A stretch of 64,000 bases of DNA from Mycobacteriales bacterium (GTDB lineage Bacteria > Actinomycetota > Actinomycetes > Mycobacteriales > SCTD01), in NCBI GenBank assembly GCA_030447385.1, contig JAUJOY010000003.1:144292-208291 (forward strand). Direction: 5' to 3'. Below, piece by piece: positions 7,126 through 16,868 of this stretch (its first letter is position 1; every line of letters begins with the position of its first letter). A program made the position numbers and the translations under genes. A model generated the notes under the pieces. It saw only the letters and a list, made by a program, of their open reading frames with translations, did not search any database and was not told the origin of the DNA.

Positions 7126-8241
7126 ATGGCAGGGGTACGGGTACTGGTCGGCACGCGCAAGGGGGCCTTCGTGCTCACCAGCGACGAGAAGCGGGTGGAC
7201 TGGGAGGTCGGCGGGCCGCACTTCGGGGGCTGGGAGATGTACCACCTGAAGGCGTCCCCCGCCGACCCGGACCGGATCTACGCCTCGCAGTCCTCGGGCT
7301 GGTTCGGGCAGCTCATCCAGCGCTCGGACGACGGCGGGCGCACGTGGGACCCGGTCGGCAACGACTTCCGCTACGAGGGCGTGCCCGGCACGCACCAGTG
7401 GTACGACGGGACGCCGCACCCGTGGGAGTTCGCGCGGGTCTGGCACCTGGAGCCGTCCCTGAACGACCCCGACACGGTCTACGCCGGCGTCGAGGACGCG
7501 GCGCTCTTCTCGACCACGAACGGCGGCCGGTCCTGGCAGGAGCTCCCCGGGCTGCGCGAGCACGGCTCCGGGTCCCGCTGGCAGCCGGGCGCGGGCGGGC
7601 TGTGCCTGCACACGATCCTGCTGCACCCGAGCGACGAGCAGCGGCTCTACACGGCCATCTCCGCAGCCGGGGCCTTTCGCAGTGACGACGGCGGCGCGAG
7701 CTGGCTGCCCATCAACAAGGGGCTGCTGTCCGGCGAGATCCCCCAGCAGGAGGCCGAGGTCGGGCACTGCGTCCACAGCCTCGCCATGCACCCGGATCGC
7801 CCCGACGTCCTGTTCATGCAGAAGCACTGGGACGTCATGCGCAGCGACGACGCAGGCGGCTCGTGGTACGAGATCAGCGGGGACCTCCCGAGCGACTTCG
7901 GCTTCCCGATCGAGGTGCACGCCCACGAACCCGACACGGTCTACGTCGTGCCGATCACGAGCGACTCGCACCACTACCCGCCCGACGGCAGGCTGCGGGT
8001 CTACCGCAGCCGCACCGGTGGGGGGGACTGGGAGCCGCTGACCCGAGGGCTGCCGCAGGAGAACTGCTACGTCAACGTGCTGCGCGACGCGATGTCGATC
8101 GACCGGCTCGACGAGTGCGGCGTCTACGTCGGGACCACCGGAGGGCAGGTCTACGCTTCGGCCGACTCGGGCGATTCCTGGACGGCGATCGTCCGCGACC
8201 TGCCGCCGGTGCTGTCGGTCGAGGCGCAGACCCTGGCGTGA
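7126..8241 (+). CDS. BNR/Asp-box repeat beta-propeller protein (sialidase-fold, 'exo-alpha-sialidase-like')
   Basis: GGGAGG lies 5 nt upstream of the ATG at 7126. It has repeated SxDxGxTW-type Asp-boxes ([39 protein letters not shown]). 371 aa. Confidence 0.85.
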   Translation: MAGVRVLVGTRKGAFVLTSDEKRVDWEVGGPHFGGWEMYHLKASPADPDRIYASQSSGWFGQLIQRSDDGGRTWDPVGNDFRYEGVPGTHQWYDGTPHPWEFARVWHLEPSLNDPDTVYAGVEDAALFSTTNGGRSWQELPGLREHGSGSRWQPGAGGLCLHTILLHPSDEQRLYTAISAAGAFRSDDGGASWLPINKGLLSGEIPQQEAEVGHCVHSLAMHPDRPDVLFMQKHWDVMRSDDAGGSWYEISGDLPSDFGFPIEVHAHEPDTVYVVPITSDSHHYPPDGRLRVYRSRTGGGDWEPLTRGLPQENCYVNVLRDAMSIDRLDECGVYVGTTGGQVYASADSGDSWTAIVRDLPPVLSVEAQTLA

Positions 8242-8531
8242 TCCGCGTCGTCCTGCCGGCCCACCTGCGGGCGGTGGCCCGGGTGTCGGGAGAGGTGCGG
8301 CTCGAGGTCCCCGCGACCACGCAGCGCGAGGTGCTCGACGCGCTCGAGGAGGGCTACCCCGCCCTCCGCGGCACGGTGCGCGACCCGGTCAGCGGCCAGC
8401 GGCGGGCGTTCGTGCGCTTCTTCGCCTGCCAGGAGGACCTGTCCCACGAGTCTCCTGACGACCCGCTCCCCGAGGCGGTCGTACGTGGGGACGAACCGCT
8501 TCTCGTGGTCGGCGCGATGGCGGGCGGCTGA
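8238..8531 (+). CDS. MoaD/ThiS-family ubiquitin-like beta-grasp protein ending in Gly-Gly
   Basis: The GTG start overlaps the upstream stop (GTGA at 8238..8241). (V)[46 protein letters not shown]...[10 protein letters not shown]-stop; 97 aa. Confidence 0.75.
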   Translation: MIRVVLPAHLRAVARVSGEVRLEVPATTQREVLDALEEGYPALRGTVRDPVSGQRRAFVRFFACQEDLSHESPDDPLPEAVVRGDEPLLVVGAMAGG

Positions 8532-8833
8532 GCCGGCGGACGCTCAGGCGCGGCTCCCAGCCAGGTGAGCGTGGTGTCCGCGGGCCTGGATGGCGACGAG
8601 CGCGTCAGCAGCGCCCCGGAGCACGCCGCTTCCACCCGCCATGTGCAGCCCCTGCCGGAGCCTCGGCCGGGCCTGCTGGGCGGCGCCCGGCCAATCACCA
8701 GTAATGCCCGTCCTTTCGAGCCGGAAACCCGTTTCCGGCATCGTGGACTTTTCTCGCAGACAGGCGGAAGGTGTGCCCTGCGCCGCCGCCCTTCCGGACC
8801 CCCCGCCAGAGAGCGCGACGCAGGAGCTGCCCG

Positions 8834-9499
8834 ATGGATGCTGCCGCCGCACTCGAGACCCACGACCTGCCGACGGCCATGTGCGCGCCGCACGAGATGG
8901 CGTTCACGGCATTGGACGACGCGGAGGGAGGCGCCTTCGCCGCCGTCGCCTGGTGCTCCGCGCACCTGGTCGCCGCCCATCGGGTGCTCTATGCAGAGGC
9001 CGCCAAGCGGCTGCCCGACGGCGCACGGCGGGTCCGCGTGCAGCGGGCGGTCGACCACCGGCTCGAGCAGGCGGTGTGCCGGCTGGACCGCAAGCTCACC
9101 GGCGACACGCACCTGTGCGGGACGTCCGTCACCGAGCTCGCGGAACAGGTGCGGGCGGTGCTGAGCGAGCACGCGGCGACGGAGGCCGAGCTGGTGGCCG
9201 ACCTGATGGGCATCCTGGACGAGCAGGAGCAGGAGCAGGTCGCCACGCGCCTGGCAAAGGCGATGCGGTGCGCCCCCACCCGGCCGCATCCGCACACCCG
9301 CCACATGCCGCTCGGCGGCCTGGTCTCCCGGCTGGACGCGTGCATCGACCGGGCTCGCGACCTCATGGACAACCGCGTCGTCCCGACGCCCTACAACGCC
9401 CGAGCCCCCCGCACTCCCGGGCGCTGGGCGTGCTACCTGATGGGGACGCCCTACCCGACGGCTCCCGTGCACGAGGTGAGCGAGCGGGCGCAGGCCTGA
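8834..9499 (+). CDS. Hypothetical protein, possibly hemerythrin-like (HHE cation-binding type) domain
   Basis: MDAAAALETHDLPTAMCAPHEMAF...; helical, His/Glu/Asp-rich, with a ...APTRPHPHTRHMP... segment that I associate with actinobacterial hemerythrin-like proteins. Assigned from memory only. Confidence 0.5.
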   Translation: MDAAAALETHDLPTAMCAPHEMAFTALDDAEGGAFAAVAWCSAHLVAAHRVLYAEAAKRLPDGARRVRVQRAVDHRLEQAVCRLDRKLTGDTHLCGTSVTELAEQVRAVLSEHAATEAELVADLMGILDEQEQEQVATRLAKAMRCAPTRPHPHTRHMPLGGLVSRLDACIDRARDLMDNRVVPTPYNARAPRTPGRWACYLMGTPYPTAPVHEVSERAQA

Positions 9500-9592
9500 G
9501 GGCTGCCCCCCGGACCCGTCCCCGCCGAACCTGCCCCCGCCGGTCATGGAGTTGCTGCACACCCACACGCCTGCGCTCCGGGCACCCACTCC

Positions 9593-10180
9593 GTGATCAG
9601 CGCGAACGGGTGGAGGCGGCCGCTGGTCCTGCTCGACGTCGACGGGGTCCTCAACGCCGTCCCCTACTTCGGCCGGTCCGAGGCGTGGTCGGACTGGCAG
9701 GTCGGTGAGGCCGCCGCTGCCGGCTCCCGGTTCCGGATCACCTGGTCACCCTCGGTCGTCGACGCCGTCCTGTCGTGGCGGGAGGTGGCCGAGGTGCAGT
9801 GGCTGACGACCTGGGGGCGCGACGCGAACGCCTCCCTCCGGCACCTCGTCGGCCTGCCCGAGCTGCCCGTCGCCGGCACCCACGACGAGGTCGTGGCGCC
9901 GCCCGGCACCGGTGATCCCGAGGCCGGGACGCTCGCAGCGCTCACCCCGGCCGCTCCCGACCCGCTCACCGGGCGGTGGTGGAAGTTCGACGTGGTCCGC
10001 CGGCTCGTGCACGACGACCCGGACCGGCGGCTGGTCTGGATCGACGACGACCTCGCCCGGCAGGAGGACATCCGGGCGTGGATGCGGCGCGAGGCGCAGT
10101 GCCTGCTCGTGGCCCCTGAGCCGTCCTCGGGGCTGACCCCGGCGCATCTGGAGAGCGTGGACATCTTCCTGCGCAGCTGA
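9593..10180 (+). CDS. HAD-superfamily hydrolase-like protein
   Basis: GTG start. HAD motif I is LLDVDGVLN and the late acidic motif is VWIDDDL. 195 aa. Confidence 0.6.
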   Translation: MISANGWRRPLVLLDVDGVLNAVPYFGRSEAWSDWQVGEAAAAGSRFRITWSPSVVDAVLSWREVAEVQWLTTWGRDANASLRHLVGLPELPVAGTHDEVVAPPGTGDPEAGTLAALTPAAPDPLTGRWWKFDVVRRLVHDDPDRRLVWIDDDLARQEDIRAWMRREAQCLLVAPEPSSGLTPAHLESVDIFLRS

Positions 10181-10362
10181 CCGCGTCCGGCCCGCTCGGC
10201 GCCCGGACCCGCGGCGCCGGACCGCCAGCCGGGTCGCCCAGCCCGGTGCTCGCCGGCGGGGGGTGGCAAGCCCGGGCCCCTGGATCCACAGGACTGCGCC
10301 GCTGCGCACGAAGCACCTTCTGCAGCGGGGACAACGAGGTACAAAGGCGCCGTGTACTTCCC

Positions 10363-13300
10363 GTGCTGAGGCTGCACCGCGCCGAGCGCGCCGACGTGCT
10401 GGCCGACGCGCTGGCGCAGGTGCTCGCGCAGCCGTTGCCGGATCCGTTCGCTGCCGAGGTCGTGGCCGTTCCCGCAAAGGGTGTCGAGCGCTGGCTGACC
10501 CAGCGGCTGTCGACGGTCCTCGGGGCTGCTTCAGGCGGGGGGGACGGAGTCGCCGGCAACCTCCGCTTCCCCAGCCCCGCACGGCTCGTCGAGGAGTGCG
10601 TCGTGGCCGGCAGCGACGTCGTCCCCGAGGACGACCCGTGGGCGCCGGCGAGGCTGCTGTGGCGACTGCTGGAGGTGATCGACGACTGCCTCGACGAGCC
10701 GTGGTGCAGCGTCCTCTCGCGGCATCTGGGTCGGGGTGAGGACGAAGCGCGTGCCGGTCGCCGCTACGCCACCGCCGAGCACCTGCGCGACCTGTTCCGC
10801 TCCTACTCCGCGCACCGCCCGGCGATGCTCGTCGACTGGGCTGCCGGCATCGACTCGGACGGCGCGGGCCGGCCGATGGCCCCGGACCTGGCCTGGCAGG
10901 CGGAGCTGTGGCGGCGGCTGCGTACGTCCCTGGACGCGCCCAGTCCGGCAGAGCGGCTGGACGAGACCTGCGCGCGCCTGCGGGACGAGCCGCACTGCAG
11001 CGACCTGCCCGAGCGGCTGTCGCTGTTCGGCGCGACGCGGCTCACGACCGAGCAGCGCGCTGTCCTGCGGGCCCTCGGGGAACACCGCGACGTGCACCTG
11101 TGGCTGCCGCACCCGAGCCCTGCGATGTGGGCGGTGCTGCAGGAGGCGCCCGCGACCTCCCGCCGCCGTCAGGACCAGACCGTGCTGAAGGTCGGCAACC
11201 CGCTGCTGGCGAGCCTTTCCCGTGACACCCGCGAGCTCCAGCTGCTGCTTGCGGGAGTGCCCGAGACGCATCACGCCGCAGCGCACGAGCCGGACACCCT
11301 GCTCGCCGCACTGCAGGCCTCGATCCGCAACGACGCCGCGGATCCCGCGGCCGCCCGGCCGGACGGCACCGTCCAGGTCCATGCCTGTCACGGGCCGCCG
11401 CGCCAGGTGGAGGTCCTGCGCGAGGCCCTGCTTCACCTGTTCCAGCAGGACGGCACCCTCGAGCCACGCGACGTCCTGGTGATGTGCCCGGACGTCGAGA
11501 CCTACGCGCCACTGATCCGCGCCGCCTTCGGTCAGCCGGGTGCGGCCCACCCGGGGCACCGCCTGCGGGTACGCCTCGCCGACCGCTCGTTGCGCCGGAC
11601 CAACCCGCTGCTGGACACCCTGGCCGGCCTGCTGGCGCTTGCCGACGGCCGCGTGACCGCCAGCGAGGTGTTGGACCTGGCGGCCAGCGCCCCCGTACGC
11701 CGGCGCTTCGGGTTCTCCGAGGACGACCTGGAGCGGCTGCAGGACTGGGCCGCCCGGGCGAATGTGCGGTGGGGGCTCGGGCGGCAGCAGCGCGAGGCGT
11801 ACGCGCTCGGCGGGGTGCCGCAGAACACCTGGGACACCGGTCTCGACCGCATCCTGCTCGGGGTCGCCGCGGACGAGAGCGAGCTCGGCTGGCTCGGCCT
11901 CGCGCTGCCGCTCGACGACGTGGACAGCAGCGACATCGACCTCACGGGTCGGGCGGCGGAGCTGGTCGACCGGCTCGACCGGGTGCTGCGCCGGCTCCAG
12001 GGCACGGAGCCGGTCTCAGGCTGGTTCGACGCGCTGAGCGAGGCGCTCGACCTGCTCACCGAGGTGCCCGAGGACGACGCCTGGCAGCTCGCTCAGGCAC
12101 GTCGTCAGCTGGCCGAGGCCGCGGAGCACGGGCCCGACGTGGTGCTGCGGCTGGCGGACGTCCGCGCGCTGCTCGCCAGCCGCCTCGCGGGGCGCCCGAC
12201 CCGCGCGAACTTCCGCACCGGCGAGCTCACCGTGTGCACGATGGTGCCGATGCGCTCGGTGCCGCATCGCGTCATCGCCCTGCTCGGGCTCGACGACGGC
12301 GTGTTCCCACGCACCGGCGGTGTGGACGGTGACGACGTCCTGCAGCGCGACCCGTGCCTCGGCGAGCGCGACCCGCGCAGCGAGGACCGCCAGCTGCTGC
12401 TCGACGCGGTGATGTCGGCGGGGAGCCACCTGCTGCTGCTCTACACCGGTGCCGACCCGGTCACCGGGGCGACCCGCCCGCCGGCGGTGCCGCTCGGCGA
12501 GCTGCTCGACGCCGTGCGCGCCGGCGTCGGGATGGACGCGATGGCGGAGGTCGTCTCCCGTCATCCGCTGCAGCCCTTCGACGCCCGCAGCTTCCGGCCC
12601 GCCGCGCCGTTCAGCTTCGACCGCGCTGCCCTGGCGGGGGCGGTCGCCTCGGCCGCACCGCGCACGCCGGAGCCGCCGTTCCTGCCGGAGCCGCTGCCCG
12701 AACGCCCTGCCGACGTCGCACTGGCCGAGCTCGTCGCGTTCCTCGTCCACCCTCCGCGAGCCTTCCTGACCCGCCGCGTCGGCGTGCACGTCCCCGACCG
12801 GGAGGCGTCGGTCGCCGATGCGCTGCGCGCCGAGCTGGACCCTCTGCAGAAGTGGGAGGTCGGGGACCGCATGCTCGCGGCCCGGCTCGCCGGGGTGGGG
12901 GTGTCCGAGTTCGTCCAGGCGGAGTGGCGACGCGGCACGCTGCCCCCCGGACCGCTCGGGATGCGCCTGCTCGACGAGCTGGAGCGGGCGGTCGAGCCGC
13001 TGGTCGCTGCCGCTGCGCAGATCCAGGTCGGGGCACCCCGCTCGCTCGACGTCGTCGTCGAGCTCGGCGCCGGCCGGCGCCTCATGGGCACGGTGAACGG
13101 GATCTACGGCGAGGTGCTGGCCGGCACGTCGTACTCCAGGTTGGCCCCCAAGCACCGCCTCTCCGCATGGGCCGGACTGCTCGCCGCCGCCTGCTGTGGA
13201 GCGGACGCGCCCGCGACAGCGGTGACCACCGGTCGCGGGCCGCACAAGAGGCCGGTGTGGCGCTCGGTCCTCCGCGTGCCGCCGGCGCCCTTCGACGTCC

Positions 13301-13617
13301 TGCGCGATCTCGTCGCGCTGTACGACGAGGGCATGCGCGAGCCGCTGCCGGTAGCTCCCGGCGCCTCGCACGAGTACGCCACGCGGCGGCAGCGGGGGAA
13401 CAGCGCTCCGGAGGCGCTGGAGGCCGCGAGCAAGGAGTGGGACTCGCGGTACGGCGACAGCACGGACCGCCACCTGGCCTATGTGCACGGCGCCGGTGCG
13501 TCCTTCTGCGGCCTCACCGCGGCTGGCGCCCCCGGGGAGGAGACGACCCGCTTCGGTGCGCTTGCGCGGCGGCTGTGGGGACCCCTGCTGGCCGTCGAGG
13601 TCCTGGGCGCGCCATGA
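10363..13617 (+). CDS. recC: Exodeoxyribonuclease V gamma subunit (RecC)
   Basis: ~1084 aa. The N-terminus (V)LRLHRAERADVLADALAQVL is typical of RecC. It is followed by recB and recD with overlapping stop/start codons. The start is uncertain (the ORF opens at 10246). Confidence 0.85.
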   Translation: MLRLHRAERADVLADALAQVLAQPLPDPFAAEVVAVPAKGVERWLTQRLSTVLGAASGGGDGVAGNLRFPSPARLVEECVVAGSDVVPEDDPWAPARLLWRLLEVIDDCLDEPWCSVLSRHLGRGEDEARAGRRYATAEHLRDLFRSYSAHRPAMLVDWAAGIDSDGAGRPMAPDLAWQAELWRRLRTSLDAPSPAERLDETCARLRDEPHCSDLPERLSLFGATRLTTEQRAVLRALGEHRDVHLWLPHPSPAMWAVLQEAPATSRRRQDQTVLKVGNPLLASLSRDTRELQLLLAGVPETHHAAAHEPDTLLAALQASIRNDAADPAAARPDGTVQVHACHGPPRQVEVLREALLHLFQQDGTLEPRDVLVMCPDVETYAPLIRAAFGQPGAAHPGHRLRVRLADRSLRRTNPLLDTLAGLLALADGRVTASEVLDLAASAPVRRRFGFSEDDLERLQDWAARANVRWGLGRQQREAYALGGVPQNTWDTGLDRILLGVAADESELGWLGLALPLDDVDSSDIDLTGRAAELVDRLDRVLRRLQGTEPVSGWFDALSEALDLLTEVPEDDAWQLAQARRQLAEAAEHGPDVVLRLADVRALLASRLAGRPTRANFRTGELTVCTMVPMRSVPHRVIALLGLDDGVFPRTGGVDGDDVLQRDPCLGERDPRSEDRQLLLDAVMSAGSHLLLLYTGADPVTGATRPPAVPLGELLDAVRAGVGMDAMAEVVSRHPLQPFDARSFRPAAPFSFDRAALAGAVASAAPRTPEPPFLPEPLPERPADVALAELVAFLVHPPRAFLTRRVGVHVPDREASVADALRAELDPLQKWEVGDRMLAARLAGVGVSEFVQAEWRRGTLPPGPLGMRLLDELERAVEPLVAAAAQIQVGAPRSLDVVVELGAGRRLMGTVNGIYGEVLAGTSYSRLAPKHRLSAWAGLLAAACCGADAPATAVTTGRGPHKRPVWRSVLRVPPAPFDVLRDLVALYDEGMREPLPVAPGASHEYATRRQRGNSAPEALEAASKEWDSRYGDSTDRHLAYVHGAGASFCGLTAAGAPGEETTRFGALARRLWGPLLAVEVLGAP

Positions 13618-16600
13618 GCTTCGACCTCTACGGCGAGCTGCCGCGGGGCACGTCGGTCCTCGAGGCCAGCGCCGGCACGGGCAAGACCTGGACGATCGCG
13701 GCGCTCGCCACGCGCTACGTCGCCGAAGGTGTGGCCGAGCTGTCGGACCTGATGCTCGTCACGTTCGGGCGGGCCGCCACGCAGGAGCTGCGCGAGCGCG
13801 TACGCGAGCGGCTCGTCTCCACCGTGCGCGGGCTCGGACGCGACGGCGACGACCCGCTGGTGAAGCACCTGTCAAGGGCGGGGCCGGAGGAGGTGCAGCT
13901 GCGGCGGCAGCGCCTTCTCCGGGCGCTGTCGCAGTTCGATGCCGCCACCATCGCGACGACGCACAGCTTCTGCGAGCAAGTCCTGAAGGGGCTCGGCTTC
14001 GCCGGGAACGCCGATCCCGGGGCCACCCTCGTCGAGTCGGTCGACGACCTGCTGCGTGAGGTGGTCGACGACCTCTATCTGCGCAAGTTCGCCGTGCACA
14101 CGGCTGCGCCGCCGGCGATCACCGCGGGCGAAGCGAGAGAGGCCGCGCGGGCGGCGATGCGGGACCGCCAGGCCCGGCTCGAGCCGGCATCGGCCGACCC
14201 GGCGTCCGGGCCCGGTCAGCGGGTGGGGATCGCCCGCGCGGCGTGCGTCGAGCTCGCCCGGCGCAAGAGCGCGGCGGGCATCCGGGACTTCGACGACCTG
14301 CTGTTCCTGCTGCGCGACGTGCTGGTCGACCCGGCCTCCGGGCAGGCGGCCTGCGCTCGGCTGCGGGCGCGCTACCGCGTGGTGCTCGTCGACGAGTTCC
14401 AGGACACCGACCCGGTGCAGTGGGAGATCCTGCGCGTTGCGTTCCACGGCCACGCCGCGCTGGTCCTGATCGGCGACCCCAAGCAGGCGATCTACGCCTT
14501 CCGGGGAGCGGAGGTGCTCAGCTACCTGTCCGCCGTGCGCGAGGCCGACCGGCACGAGACGCTCGCCACCAACTGGCGCAGCGATGACGGACTGCTGCGC
14601 GCCCTGGACCACCTCTACGGCGGCGCTTCACTCGGCCACCGGCAGATCGTCGTCCGTCCGGTCGTGGCAGCGCACGCCGCCCGGCGTCTCGGTGATGGTG
14701 CTCCGCTGCGCCTGCGGGTGCACCCCCGCACGGGTTCCGGGCCGCTCGGGAAGAGCGGTTTCCCGGCGGTCGCGGCACTGCGCGAGACGGTTGCCGCTGA
14801 CGTGGCCGCCGACGTCGTACGCCTCCTGCACAGCGGCACCTCGCTCCGTCACCAGGGCGGGTCCCGGCCGGTACGTCCAGGCGACGTCGCGGTGCTCGTA
14901 CGCCGGCACGTGCAGGCGGCGGCCGTGCAGGCGGCGCTGGACCGAGCCGACGTGCCCTCGGTGATGTCGAGCAGCACGAGTGTCTACGCCACCCCCAGCG
15001 CGCGCGACTGGCTGTGGCTGCTGCACGCCCTCGAGCAGCCGCACCGAGCGGCACGGGTACGCCTTGCGGCGCTGACGCCGCTGCTCGGCTGGACCGCGCC
15101 ACGCCTCGACGCGGCGGGGGACTCCGGCACGGACGAGGTGGGGGCCCTGCTGCGCGAGGCGGCGCAGCTGTTCGAGCAGGCGGGCCTGGCCGCCGTGTTC
15201 GAGCGGTTCTCGGCGCGTACCCGCCTCGACAGCCGGCTGCTCGCTCAGGAGGGAGGCGAGCGGCGGCTGACCGACCTGCGACACCTCGCGCAGTCGCTGA
15301 ACCGCGCTGCGGTCGAGGGCTCGCTCGGGCTCGCGGCGCTGGTCAGCTGGCTGTCCGAGCGCGTGGAGGACCCGGAGGCGGCAAGCCTGTCCGACCGCAG
15401 CCGGCGGCTGGAGAGCGACGCTGCGGCGGTGCAGGTCGTCACGGTGCACGCCAGCAAGGGGCTGGAGTTCCCGATCGTCTACGTGCCCTACGGGTGGGAC
15501 GGCGCGAAGAACCCGTCCTCGACGACCCTGCGGCTCCACGACCCCGACGGCGCACGGGTGCTGGACATCGGCGGCAAGGACGGGCCCGGGTGGGCGCAGC
15601 GCAAGAAGACGGCTGACGTCGAGGACGACGGCGAGGAGCTGCGCCTGCTCTACGTCGCACTGACCCGGGCGCAGTGCCAGGTCGTCCTGTCCTGGGCACC
15701 GGGAGCGGTCACCGCCGGAGCCCCGCTGCACCGGCTGCTGCTGGGGCGCACGCAGGGCGAGCCCGCCCCGTCCGCGCGCGCGGCCGTTCCCGAGGACGCA
15801 GCTGCGCTCACCCGGCTCGCCGCGTGGGGGTGGCCGGAGGAGATCTCGGTGGAGCCGGTCGGAGCCGTCGCTGCGGTTCGCTGGCAGCCGGACCAGGAGG
15901 AGCCGGGGTCGCTGGCGGCGGCGCGATTCGACCGGACGCTCGACATGGCCTGGCGGCGCACGTCCTACTCGGCCCTCACCTCGACGGTGCACGACGCTCC
16001 GCGCGTCGGCAGCGAGCCCGAGGAGCCAGAGACGACCGACGAGCCGGCGTCCTCCTTCTCCCTGGCAGAGGACCTGACGCCGGCCGGGCCGCCGTCCCCG
16101 ATGAACGGCCTGGCCGGCGGCGCCGCCTTCGGCACGCTCGTCCACGGCGTGCTGGAGGCCGTCGACACCGCCGCGGACGACCTGCCCGCGGAGCTCCTCG
16201 GGCGATGCCGTGCCGCGGTGGCCTCCCGGCTGTCGTCGGCGGAGCCGGCCGCACTGGCCGCTGCGCTGCTCGCGGTGCTGCGGACCCCGCTGGGGTTCGG
16301 CACGCTCGCAGAGGTCGCCCCGGCCGACCGGCTGGTGGAGATGGACTTCGAGCTGCCGCTCGCCGGGGGCGAGGACCCCACGAGCTCACCGGTCCTGCTG
16401 CACGACATCGCCGGACTGCTGCGGCGCCACCTGCCGGCGGACGACCTCCTCCTGCCCTACGCCGACCTGCTGCAGACGGTGGACGCGCTCCCGCTGCGCG
16501 GCTACCTGTCGGGCAGCATCGACGCGGTGCTGCGGCTGCCGGGACCGGCCTACCTCGTCGTGGACTACAAGACCAACCGGCTCGGGCGGGGCGACCTGAC

Positions 16601-16868
16601 CGCGCTGCACTACACGCGCGAGGCGATGGCCGCGGAGATGCTGCGCGCGCACTACCCCTTGCAGGCGCTGCTCTACTGCGTCGCCCTGCACCGGTTCCTG
16701 CGGTGGCGCGAGCCCGGCTACGACCCGGCGGTGCACCTGGCAGGCGCGCAGTACCTGTTCCTGCGGGGGATGGTCGGGCCGGCCACCCCGACCGGCTGCG
16801 GAGTCTTCGACTGGAGGGTGCCGGCCGAGCTCGTGGTGGCCCTGTCCGACCTGCTGGCCGGGTCATGA
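13614..16868 (+). CDS. recB: Exodeoxyribonuclease V beta subunit (RecB), UvrD-like helicase plus PD-(D/E)XK nuclease
   Basis: MSFDLYGELPRGTSVLEASAGTGKTWTIAAL (Walker A), VLVDEFQDTD, and the C-terminal nuclease motif GSIDAVLRL...LVVDYKTN. The ATG overlaps the recC stop (ATGA). The ORF-track frame is open from 12354, but that part is R/P-rich shadow. Confidence 0.9.
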   Translation: MSFDLYGELPRGTSVLEASAGTGKTWTIAALATRYVAEGVAELSDLMLVTFGRAATQELRERVRERLVSTVRGLGRDGDDPLVKHLSRAGPEEVQLRRQRLLRALSQFDAATIATTHSFCEQVLKGLGFAGNADPGATLVESVDDLLREVVDDLYLRKFAVHTAAPPAITAGEAREAARAAMRDRQARLEPASADPASGPGQRVGIARAACVELARRKSAAGIRDFDDLLFLLRDVLVDPASGQAACARLRARYRVVLVDEFQDTDPVQWEILRVAFHGHAALVLIGDPKQAIYAFRGAEVLSYLSAVREADRHETLATNWRSDDGLLRALDHLYGGASLGHRQIVVRPVVAAHAARRLGDGAPLRLRVHPRTGSGPLGKSGFPAVAALRETVAADVAADVVRLLHSGTSLRHQGGSRPVRPGDVAVLVRRHVQAAAVQAALDRADVPSVMSSSTSVYATPSARDWLWLLHALEQPHRAARVRLAALTPLLGWTAPRLDAAGDSGTDEVGALLREAAQLFEQAGLAAVFERFSARTRLDSRLLAQEGGERRLTDLRHLAQSLNRAAVEGSLGLAALVSWLSERVEDPEAASLSDRSRRLESDAAAVQVVTVHASKGLEFPIVYVPYGWDGAKNPSSTTLRLHDPDGARVLDIGGKDGPGWAQRKKTADVEDDGEELRLLYVALTRAQCQVVLSWAPGAVTAGAPLHRLLLGRTQGEPAPSARAAVPEDAAALTRLAAWGWPEEISVEPVGAVAAVRWQPDQEEPGSLAAARFDRTLDMAWRRTSYSALTSTVHDAPRVGSEPEEPETTDEPASSFSLAEDLTPAGPPSPMNGLAGGAAFGTLVHGVLEAVDTAADDLPAELLGRCRAAVASRLSSAEPAALAAALLAVLRTPLGFGTLAEVAPADRLVEMDFELPLAGGEDPTSSPVLLHDIAGLLRRHLPADDLLLPYADLLQTVDALPLRGYLSGSIDAVLRLPGPAYLVVDYKTNRLGRGDLTALHYTREAMAAEMLRAHYPLQALLYCVALHRFLRWREPGYDPAVHLAGAQYLFLRGMVGPATPTGCGVFDWRVPAELVVALSDLLAGS

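Noticed and set aside
8354-9589. 411-aa minus-strand ORF covering the MoaD-like 3' end, the intergenic region and the hemerythrin-like gene.
   Set aside because: It has shadow-ORF composition (G/R/P-rich) and overlaps two better-supported plus-strand genes.
12354-13613. 420-codon N-terminal extension of the recB ORF (ORF track 12354..16868).
   Set aside because: The extension overlaps recC in another frame and is R/A/G/P-rich. The canonical RecB N-terminus with Walker A begins at the ATG at 13614, which overlaps the recC stop.
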